From NCBI GenBank assembly GCA_052055015.1, contig JBQJIT010000026.1: a DNA stretch of 53,979 bases, one strand, 5' to 3'. The DNA comes from Malassezia furfur. Its lineage: Eukaryota. The notes below the pieces were generated by a model. It was not told the origin of the DNA, searched no databases, and saw nothing but the letters and a program-made list of their open reading frames with translations. A program made the translations under genes and the position numbers. Shown here in pieces: positions 31,047-39,973 of the stretch. The number at the start of each line of letters is the position of its first letter. Position 1 is the stretch's first letter.

Positions 31047-31898
31047 ATGCTGCGCCTCGCGTCGGGGCTCGCGCTCGGCACCGCGATCGCCGCGCTGCAG
31101 GTGCGCCGCCGCCGCCGACGGCGTGCCGCTCGCTACGCCGAGCGTGTGCGTGCCGCCGATCGGCCTGCCGCCTGGTGCGTGCGCCTCCCACCCGAGATCC
31201 GATTGCGGATCCTGGCGTGTGCGGTCCAGCACGCGGCGGCCGCTGCACCGGACAGCCGCGCCGCCTCGTTTGTTCCGCTCCTTACACTGTCGCACGCGTG
31301 CTGCCGCGCCCTTACCCCGGTCGCATACCACACAGTGCGCATCACGTCGCCGCGTGCACTGCACCAGCTCCGCCGCACGCTTGTACTGCTTCGGCCGGAC
31401 CTGGGCTTGTACGTGCACACACTGGCGCTCCATGGCCTCACAGAGGCGCTCGCGCTCGCGCTCGAGCACCTGCTTGTGCTGCTGCCTGCGCTCACGCACC
31501 TCGTGCTCGACGCACCGTCGTGCACCGCGCTCTGCCGCAGCACCGCCGAAGGGCTGCGGTGCGGCGCATGCCCCACACGCCTCTCGCTCGTGCTGCCCGA
31601 CAGCGAGGCAGCGCTGTGTGCGTCCGGTACGCTGCTCACCTATCCACTGTGCGCGCACGTTCATACGCTGTACGTTGCCGCGTCACCCGGCGCAGCGCTC
31701 GTGCTGCTCCAACGTCTTGATACGTGCCTCGGCGCACTGTGTGTCGTGCATCTCGGTGTTTATGGATCGGACGCGGGCGCACGGCGTGTGCGCGACATGT
31801 GCGCAGGCGGCTTGGCATGTCGCGACGTCGCGGTCCACGTCACGCACTCAGCCCACGACGTACCCGACACCCTCCCTCTGGGTTCTATTGTACACTAG
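31047..31898 (+). CDS. Hypothetical protein with an F-box-like motif and leucine-rich C-terminal region
   Basis: ATG 31047; hydrophobic N-terminus followed by an Arg run; RLPPEIRLRILACAV and later LTLSHACCRALTPVAYHTVRI...LGLYVHTLAL, resembling basidiomycete F-box/LRR-like proteins. Confidence 0.6.
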   Translation: MLRLASGLALGTAIAALQVRRRRRRRAARYAERVRAADRPAAWCVRLPPEIRLRILACAVQHAAAAAPDSRAASFVPLLTLSHACCRALTPVAYHTVRITSPRALHQLRRTLVLLRPDLGLYVHTLALHGLTEALALALEHLLVLLPALTHLVLDAPSCTALCRSTAEGLRCGACPTRLSLVLPDSEAALCASGTLLTYPLCAHVHTLYVAASPGAALVLLQRLDTCLGALCVVHLGVYGSDAGARRVRDMCAGGLACRDVAVHVTHSAHDVPDTLPLGSIVH

Positions 31899-31899
31899 C

Positions 31900-34800
31900 C
31901 TAGGCAGCACGTAGCGCGACGGCACGCAGCCGCGCGAGCGATGCATCAAACGTACGTGCCGCGGGGAGCGGCGTGTGCAGCAGCAGCTCGGTGCGCGCCA
32001 CATCGAGGTACACGGGCACGAGCGGCGCCTGCGCCTCGCCGTCGGCGGCGCGCGTCCATCGCAGCGCACACTGCGACACGCGCGTCGTTGTGCCGTCGTT
32101 CAGGCCCACGCCCTCGTCGGTGATGGCTGCACCGTCCAGCCATAGATCTGGTTTAGCTCACACAAACGTACCGTCCACCAAGTAGACACCGGGTGCACTC
32201 GTCTCGACCCCCGTCACCACGGCCGGCACAACCTCCTCGAGGTGCGTGTGCGTGGCACGTGCCGCAGCCTGACGCGCCGCCATCAAGAAAGCACGCACGT
32301 TAAACAGGCGGTGCAGCGCGACACGCACCGGCGGCGTACCGCACTGTGCAATGCGCGCACCGAGATCCGCGATCCACCCCGCGAGGCCCAGGTCGGGCGC
32401 GACGGGGTACGCGCGCCACGCGTCGGGCACGTCGTCGCGTACGATCGCCGTGGCCAGCGCCGCGCTCTCATTCGTGTGCCGGCCGTGCGTGTCGGCGGCA
32501 TCGACCACCGCGCCGAGTTGGGCGCGGACACGCTCAAGGAGCGCGTGCGCCGCGTCCTGCTCGCGCCGCCAGAAGCTGGGTTAGCCGGGGGTTACATACA
32601 AAGCAAAGGCCGGGTCCGAGGGCGCGCCGCGCTCAACCCGTTCGGGTAGCGCCGTAAGCCATCCAGATGCAAGCTCCGCGGCGCGCTGGGTTTCGTCGGT
32701 GTGCGCGTATTGGGCATCCGTGTCTGTGTGCTGCTGGAGCGACGCGAGGCGGTGCAGCGCGTCGAGCGCATGCGACGCCGCAACGCTGCGCTCTGCGTAC
32801 GGCGCGAGGAGCAGCCACTGCACGGGCTGGGGCGTGGGCAGCGCGTGCGCCCATGCAACAAACTGCTCGTGCCGCGTGCCCTCAGGCAGGACAAGGGGCA
32901 CCATGGGGTCGGGCGCGAGCACAAACGCCGCATCAAAGCTCGCTGGGACAAAGACGCGGTCGATGAGCGCATCGAGCATGGCGCGGTCCGGCGCGCGATC
33001 GAGTTTTGCACCATACACGGCCTGCTTGAGCATCGTGCGAAGCGCGTCCCACGGCACGTCGGCCGGCGCGAGGTGCGCCTTGTGCCCCGCAGCGTGCCGC
33101 GTCCACGTATCGATTAGGTCGAGCGACGCGAGGAAGTCGACTTCGTGGAACTCGTACACCTGCGTCCAGCCGATTGGCACGTACTGTACGCGCTCGACCA
33201 CGACTGCATGCACATACGCGGCAAGGCAGTAGAGCCGTACACGCTCCTGTGGCCCCGGCATGGCCGCGCGAGCCTCGGCGAGGCGCAGGCACGCAAGCAG
33301 CGCCGCTTTGACACCCGCCGGCGGCTCGTGCATCACGACATGCGCGCCGCGCAGCGCCGCACGCGGCAGCCGCGCACTCAGCTCGCACGTCACGAGCACA
33401 CGCGTCGCGGCGTGGGCGTGCAGCGCAGCTACGCGCGGCACCAGTCCCGCGAGCCAGGGCAGCGCCAGGTGCGCGTTTTGCACCAGCACCCAGTGCCCCG
33501 CGCGCGCCGCAAGCGCCAGCGTACGCTCCGCCGCCACGAGCGCCTCGGGCGCACCGAGCGCCACGTCCGGGCATGCGATGCCCCGCACCCGTGCGGCGTG
33601 CATCACCTGCCTGCTCGCGTCATGCCCCGGGGGACTGCACAGCACAACGGGCACGTGTGCCGGCGTGGCGTCGATCAGAGCATCGATGCCGGGCAACTCG
33701 TACAGCGGCACGTCCAGCGCGGCCTCGAGCGCACGTGCGATGCTTGGCACGGTATGATCGGCACGTACGATGCGCACGGCGATCGCGCGGCGCACGAGAC
33801 GCGCGACGTCCTCCGCTTCTGTCGCATCGTCGTCCTCGAGTGGAGTTGGCGCCGTTTCGGGCGCCGGGCGCGCGGCGTACGCCGTCCATGCCTTGGCGCG
33901 CTGCCCGCGATCGAGCTCAACGCGGCGCACGTACGGCACATCCGGCAGCCACGGCGCAAGCAGCGTGCGCAGCTCGTTGTCATCATCGCGCGCGATAAGC
34001 GCCAGGACGGCTGCGAGGACGAGGCGGTCACGCTGCAGCACAGAGGGCGCCGTCGCGCCGTACGCCTCGCGGAACAGCGCGCGTGTGAGCTCCGCGACGC
34101 GGTCGGCACCGTCGTGCGCGGGCGTACGCAGCACGCGGTCGAGCACGTCCCAAAACACGTCGAGGCTCCATTGGTAGTACGGCTGGAGCGTACCCATGTC
34201 ATGCAGCGCAAAGTAGACGGCGCTTGCCGCCTCGGCCAGCGGCTCGTATGCATCTGTCACTGTGCGGACGTGCGCGGCGAGCTCCGCCGCCTCGGTCGCA
34301 CGCGCTTGCACCTCCTCTGCCTCGGTCTTGAGCGTCTCGAGGGTGGCGACCACCTGGTCGCTCTCGAGCAGGTGCCCCTGCGCCTCGTTCAGCGCCGCAA
34401 GCAGAGCGTGGTCGAGGTGCTGCAGCCGCCGCTGGAACTCGCCCTGCGCCGCGGCAACCTGCGCACGCTGCGTCTCGATGTCGGGGCGCTCGGCGTGCAG
34501 CACACGGTGCAGCGCCTGCGCCTGCAGACTCTTGCGCGTGGTGGTAAAGTTGACCATCTGCACGCGACACGCGACGTACTCGGGCAGCACCGGCGCCGGG
34601 TCACGCGTCGTGAGGAACAGCCGGAACGACGGCGCACAGTCGACGTCCTGCTGCGCGACGCGCACCAGCACTCGCCCGCCCGTACGCCGCTTCTCCTGCT
34701 TGAGTACAGGCAGCAGCACCGGGTCGATGTGCTCGGCGTCGTGGAGCAACAGCGGCGTGCCAAATCGCAGCGCGCTCTCGAGCACCTTGACAAAACTTGT

Positions 34801-36315
34801 ATCCTGGCAACTCGCCACGGCGAGCTTCTGCGCAGCATAGCGCCGCTGTACGTACTGCGCCGCCTCGCCGGTCGGGTCGATCAGCATGGGGTAGCGTGTG
34901 CAGTGCTCCACAATCACGGCGTTGTCGACGGCGAGCGCGTCGCTCGGCAGCCCATGGGCATGCCACGTCGCGCGCGTGTCGGCCGGCACAAGCCAGTCGC
35001 GCACGCTCAACGCCACACGAAAGGGGATGTGGGCATCGCGCAGCATCCTCTCCCACTGCGCCCAGAGCGCATCCCGCACGCCCTGCTCAAAGTAGCCCGC
35101 ATACGCCACGAGCGCCGCACTCAGCAGCGCATCGCCCACGAGCGTCTGCACCTGCTCGTCAAAGTCGGCACGTCCACGCTCCCAGCGCGCACGCTCCGCC
35201 TCGAGACCCGCCAGCAGACGCACGCTGCGCTCGACGCGCTGCTCGATGCGCTCCATTTCGGCCTTGGTCGCCTGGATGTCGCTGATCAGCGCCGCATACT
35301 GCGCCTTGTAGTCCGCAATGCTCGCCTCGAGCGCTTGGACCGACTCGGCGGCGTGCGCCGCCTCGGCACGCGTTTGCTCCGCATGTTCCTCAACCGAGCG
35401 CATCTCGGCACGCAGCGGCGCGACCCGCTCCAGAATGTCGGCATAGTGCACCTGCGCCATGACCCAACGCGCCAAGGGTCCACACGCCTTGCTCGCATGG
35501 TTGATAATGTCGTAGCTGTACTCTTCGCGGCTCAGGTATTCGCGCTTAAGCCGCTCGCGCACCGCCTTGCGCACAGCATGCTCCGTGTCCAGATGCACAA
35601 CGTTCGCGATAAAATCGTCACGGCGCAGAATCGCCTGAACGCTCTTCCACCCTTCGAGCTGCTCATGGCCGAGCAAAATGCACACCGACTCCATCGTGCT
35701 TTTCACGGGGGCTGGTGGGTTGGAAAGCGAACGCAGCTCGGTCAACTGCTGCTTCTTGATGTTGCTCACCGCCGCCTGCGCGTCCAGCAGCGCCGGCTCT
35801 GCCTCGGCCAACTGGCGCAGCACCGACTCGCGCTGCGCAGCGACAGCGGATTCCTGCTCTCGCAGCGAGGCATGCAACACCAGAGATGCTTCACGCTGTG
35901 ACTCAGCCATCTGCTGGTTATGCACCATACTCTGCAGGCGCACGTTCGCCTCGTCGTTCATCTGCGCCAGCTTGGCGCGCTGTGTCGCCAGTGAGGCCTG
36001 CATCGCCTCGACCTGCGCGACCGTCTCACTCAGCCGGTCCAGACCCACGATGCGAAAGCGCTGCTGATCTTCCAGCACCTCTTTCTGGGCACTTAGGATC
36101 GCACCAAAGCTGTGCAGCTGCGCAAGAAGATGTTGAGGCGATGCGGGGAATCCGGGCGACGCAGACCCGGCCGCATACGTAGCAAAGTGCATTTCCACAG
36201 CGACACGGGATACGGCATCGCGGTGTATCCCGAGGTCCTGTGTGCGTGTCAGCTCCCGCGCGACCGTACGACACGCCTCTGCGGACCAGTCGCCGGTCGG
36301 ATGCGCGTCGATCAT
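31900..36315 (-). CDS. dyn2: Cytoplasmic dynein heavy chain C-terminal half (AAA4 small subdomain, stalk/MTBD, AAA5, AAA6, C-sequence); exons 36315-32600, 32575-32172, 32147-31900; 1455 aa
   Basis: MIDAHPTGDWS...; GLDRLSETVAQV; stalk tip AVSNIKKQQLTELRSLSNPP...SKACGPLARWV; RYPMLIDP; LESALRFG; GHWVLVQNAHLA; YEFHEVDF. Two 24-nt introns restore DPAFAFFWRRE and YLVDDLWLDGA...PVYL. Confidence 0.93.
32148..32171 (-). other. 24-nt intron 2 of dyn2
   Basis: GTACGTttgtgtgagCTAAAcCAG; carries an in-frame TGA; flanking exons share one frame. Confidence 0.85.
32576..32599 (-). other. 24-nt intron 1 of dyn2
   Basis: GTATGTaacccccggCTAACcCAG; carries an in-frame TAA; removal gives F-F-W-R-R-E, resembling dynein DPLFRFFERE. 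Confidence 0.88.
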
Positions 36316-36477
36316 CGCAGAGGGGTGAAGTGCCACGTGGGGTGTTGGACGTGTTGGACGGTGCACGGTGCGCCGAGCACCCAGCCACACACAACCGGGT
36401 AGTGCTGGGTGCATTGGTCCAGCCCAGCCTTGGCCCCATATATGGCCTTTAAGATACCATCTCATACTCTACATACA

Positions 36478-37380
36478 CTACTTGAGGTACTGCTTAAAAA
36501 ACTCGACGAGCTTCGGGCCCGACACATCGAGATGGTCGTACAGGTCAACGTGCGTCTCACCCGGCACCACAAACAGCTCGCGCGGCTCACGCGCATTCAG
36601 AATGGCACGCTCGCTGTAGAATTTCGTGTCGGCCTTGGAGCCGACAATCATCAACACGGGCCGCGGCGAAATCAGGTGCATGAACTGGAACGAGTCGTAG
36701 TTCACGAGGTACATCATGCTCGTCGCGTCCAGCTTGTTGGGTGCGTTCTTGTGCTGCGCACGCGGCGACTTGTAATAGTCCGGTGCCTCCTTGAACATCG
36801 TTTCATCCGGAAGACTCGAAACGTCTGTGGGGAGAATGTCGTTTGCGACAGGAGCTCCGCCCTGGTCCATCGCCGTGCGAACCTTGGCAGCCCCTGCGAG
36901 CTGCTCCTGCAGCGCGTCGTTCGACATCGGCCCCGTGGGCAGACCATCACGGAACAGGCAGCCTGCACACGCGGCACTAACGGTCGCGACCGCCTTGATG
37001 CGCAAGTCGGTTTGCGCAGTGAACGGCACATAGCCGCCCGAGGCACAGATGCCAAGCGCACCCACCTTCTCGGGGTCGACACAATCCTGCGACTGCACAA
37101 AGGACACGGCTGCACGGAAGTCCTCAGCACGCTGCGACGGGTCCTCCAGGAAGCGTGGCTCACCTTCGCTCTCGCCCTGGTAGGCGGCGTCAAAGGCGAG
37201 CGCCACGAAACCTTCCTTGGCGAGCAGCTCGGCATGTTGCCCTGCTGTCTGCTCCTTCACACCCGTCATAGGGTGGCCTACCACGACAGCCGAGTGCTTG
37301 CCCGAGCCATCAGGCTTGTACAGGTTACCGGCGATGCGGAGGCCACGGCTGCGGAAGTTCACTTTATCGACAGAGACCAT
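36478..37380 (-). CDS. Alpha/beta hydrolase of the YcjY-like/dienelactone-hydrolase-related type with a Cys nucleophile elbow
   Basis: HPMTGVKEQTAG, AFDAAYQGESEGEPR, elbow GICASGG, PRPVLMIVGSKAD, PGETHVDLYD; intronless, 300 aa. Confidence 0.85.
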   Translation of the reverse strand: MVSVDKVNFRSRGLRIAGNLYKPDGSGKHSAVVVGHPMTGVKEQTAGQHAELLAKEGFVALAFDAAYQGESEGEPRFLEDPSQRAEDFRAAVSFVQSQDCVDPEKVGALGICASGGYVPFTAQTDLRIKAVATVSAACAGCLFRDGLPTGPMSNDALQEQLAGAAKVRTAMDQGGAPVANDILPTDVSSLPDETMFKEAPDYYKSPRAQHKNAPNKLDATSMMYLVNYDSFQFMHLISPRPVLMIVGSKADTKFYSERAILNAREPRELFVVPGETHVDLYDHLDVSGPKLVEFFKQYLK

Positions 37381-37418
37381 GATTCTACGTGTAAGTAGGG
37401 CTGTCCGAGCGCGGCCCC

Positions 37419-37427
37419 TTTATTATA
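37419..37427 (-). promoter_or_regulatory. TATA-like element (TATAATAAA) ~40 bp upstream of the hydrolase ATG
   Basis: AT-rich box in otherwise GC-rich DNA, oriented toward the gene. Confidence 0.45.
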
Positions 37428-37883
37428 TTCGCACTCCCTTGTGGCCCGAGACGACCTATGCATCGCTGACCCAGGTTGAATAATCAGGAACCAGATCCCG
37501 ATGGAACGGTACCCAAGCGGGCGCAGAAAGGCGGTCGGCTGGACGGATTGGCCCGTGCTTCATATTCCCGCTGCGTCGAGGACGCAAAATGACATAATGA
37601 AGTCTAGCACGAAATGAACGGCGCCCGATCCTGGAAGGATTGACTGTCCTGTTATTAGAGGCGGCCGCGTGGTGTCACATTCAGCTGGATTTTGGACCGA
37701 CTTGGGTTGGGACAGGGTCATTACTCTCCCTAAATCATGTCGCCTGGGTTTTCGCTGTTAATTATCAGTAGCATAATGCAAGTAAGATCGATCGATTGCA
37801 TTGGATACACCTGCGTCATGAATTGTCACGAAGCTAGCGGGCATCTCATGGGTATTCATCCGACTCAATCTATGAGACACGCA

Positions 37884-38645
37884 TCAAGAAGCAGGCGCAT
37901 CACCGCCAGTAGCATCTGTGCTTGGCATGTACCCCATCTTCAGGCGCTCTTCCAAGCGCCGGATCTCGTCCAGCGACTCGCTCTTGTCAATCGCTTCCTG
38001 GATCGCTGCGCGGTCTTTGGCCGTAAGTTGGCGGCCTGCCGCACCAGGGATAGGTGCGCCTGGCTCGAAGCGTGCGGCATGCGTCGGTGCCGCCGCCGGA
38101 GCTGAGGTATCTGAGCCAGACAGCTGAATGGCTAGTTCCGAGGCTCGTCCCTCTGGCGTTTCCATCAGCCGCCGGGCATATTCGCGCTCCTTGTCAGTAA
38201 CGCGCTTAAAGTCCAGCACTCGCACATTTGGCAACCGCCAAATAACAAACTCGCGGTAGTGCTTCTCGTGCGATACCGGATTGCCGAGCAACGAGAGGTA
38301 TTCGAGGCGGCGCAGACGCCGGAGCGGCACGATCTGGCGCATATCCGCAATGGCATTATTTGTAAGGACAAGCGTGTGCAAGTACGGAAGCGACTTCCCA
38401 AGCAGCGGGTCCACGCGTGTCACGAGGTTGTTGGAAAGAATGAGGTGCTGCAAACGCAGGAGGCGGGGAAAGTTGCCGAGATATTTGATTTCGTTGTCGG
38501 TAAAGTCGAGCGCATCATTTTGGTCGCGTGTCACACCGAGGTTTTCGATGGAGACGATCTTCAGCCCTCGCAAGTCCAGCTCGCGTTCCTTCAGTGGGTT
38601 GAGCGACGAGTCGCTCTGTGCGAGCAGCTCCCCCGTGAGCTTCAT
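37884..38645 (-). CDS. LEA1: U2 snRNP protein A' (LRR)
   Basis: ATG 38645: MKLTGELL...NPLKERELDLRGLKIVSIENLG; LDFTDNEIKYLGNFP; LLGNPV...HYREFVIWRLPNVRVLDF; SLDEIRRLEERLKMG. Confidence 0.93.
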   Translation of the reverse strand: MKLTGELLAQSDSSLNPLKERELDLRGLKIVSIENLGVTRDQNDALDFTDNEIKYLGNFPRLLRLQHLILSNNLVTRVDPLLGKSLPYLHTLVLTNNAIADMRQIVPLRRLRRLEYLSLLGNPVSHEKHYREFVIWRLPNVRVLDFKRVTDKEREYARRLMETPEGRASELAIQLSGSDTSAPAAAPTHAARFEPGAPIPGAAGRQLTAKDRAAIQEAIDKSESLDEIRRLEERLKMGYMPSTDATGGDAPAS

Positions 38646-38665
38646 CGTCGCAACAGGAGGAGGGC

Positions 38666-38682
38666 CACGTGATGCACACGTG
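38666..38682. promoter_or_regulatory. Paired CACGTGA E-boxes in the 92-bp LEA1/CDC3 divergent promoter
   Basis: CACGTG at 38666 and 38677 (11-bp period). Confidence 0.6.
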
Positions 38683-38737
38683 ATCGCGGGGGCGGCGCCG
38701 CGCGACGGCACAGCTTGCTCCCAGCACCCCCGGTATT

Positions 38738-39931
38738 ATGGCAGCCGCGACGCAGACGCCCTCCGCGATTCCGCGCAAGAAGCTGACCTCGTATGTGGGT
38801 TTTGCGAACCTCCCGAACCAGGTGCACCGGCACACGGTGCGCAAGGGCTTCACCTTCACCATTATGGTTGTCGGTGAGACGGGACTGGGCAAGTCCACCC
38901 TGATCAACACGCTGTTCAACACGAACCTGGTGCCGAGCGGCGAGGAGCGCCTCGCTGCGCGCGAGCCCACCCAGTCGGTCGGCATCGACACCATCAGTGC
39001 GGACATCGAGGAGAACGATGTGCGCCTGCGTCTCAACATCATCGACACGCCGGGCTTCGGTGACTTTGTCAACAACGAGAACGCGTGGGAGCCCATCCTG
39101 CAGACGATCGAGGCGCGCTTCGATTCGTTCCTTGAGCAGGAGAACAGGATGAACCGCAACAAGATTGTGGACAACCGTGTGCACGCACTGCTCTACTTTA
39201 TCCAGCCGACCGGCCATGGGCTCAAGGCGCTCGACTTGGAGTTTTTGGCGCGCGTGCACAAGCATGTGAACGTGATCCCTGTGATTGCTAAGTCGGACAC
39301 GGTGGATCCGTTTGAGCTGCCGGGTTACAAACGGCGGATAATGCAGGACCTGGCCTTCCATAACATCCAGACGGTGCAGCTGCCCATCTCGCCGGACGAC
39401 GACGAAGAAAGCGTTGCCGAGATTGAGGAGATCCAGAGCAAGATTCCGTTTGCGATTGTCGGCTCGAACAACCTGGTCAAGACGCCCGAGGGCCGCACGG
39501 TGCGCGGCCGCGCGTACCCGTGGGGCGTGGTCGAGGTGGACAACGAGCGGCAGAGCGACTTTGTCAAGCTGCGTCAGATGCTCATCCGCAACAACATGGA
39601 GGACCTTCGCGAGCTGACGGAGCGTGTCTACGAGGAGTACCGTACGCAGAAGCTGCTCAGCCTCGGCATCAACCAGGACGACAGCGTCTTCCAGCAGGTG
39701 AACCCCGGCACGCAGCAGGCCGAGGCGCGTGCGCTGCACGAGGCGAAGCTTGCCAAGATGGAGCACGAAATGAAGCTGGTTTTCCAGCGCAAGGTCGCCG
39801 AGAAGGAGGCCAAGCTGAAGCAGAGCGAGGAGGAGCTCTACGCGCGGCACCGCGAGATGCGCAACGCGCTCGACCAGCAGCGCCAGGAGCTCGAAGAGCG
39901 CAAGCGGCGAATCCAAAACAGCCTCCGCTAA
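38738..39931 (+). CDS. CDC3: Septin Cdc3/AspB type
   Basis: YVGFANLPNQ, GETGLGKST, DTPGFGD, AKSD, GRAYPWG; C-terminal coiled coil EMKLVFQRKVAEKEAKLKQSEEEL. Confidence 0.93.
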   Translation: MAAATQTPSAIPRKKLTSYVGFANLPNQVHRHTVRKGFTFTIMVVGETGLGKSTLINTLFNTNLVPSGEERLAAREPTQSVGIDTISADIEENDVRLRLNIIDTPGFGDFVNNENAWEPILQTIEARFDSFLEQENRMNRNKIVDNRVHALLYFIQPTGHGLKALDLEFLARVHKHVNVIPVIAKSDTVDPFELPGYKRRIMQDLAFHNIQTVQLPISPDDDEESVAEIEEIQSKIPFAIVGSNNLVKTPEGRTVRGRAYPWGVVEVDNERQSDFVKLRQMLIRNNMEDLRELTERVYEEYRTQKLLSLGINQDDSVFQQVNPGTQQAEARALHEAKLAKMEHEMKLVFQRKVAEKEAKLKQSEEELYARHREMRNALDQQRQELEERKRRIQNSLR

Positions 39932-39973
39932 CTAGGTCCGTAGCGAAATTGCAGATTTACCACCGCGTCCAGC

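Noticed and set aside
26151..35901. Long opposite-strand ORFs over VPS13 (988 aa) and dyn2 (918 aa), and the many short Arg/Ala-rich ORFs
   Set aside because: Shadow ORFs expected in high-GC coding DNA; no motifs.
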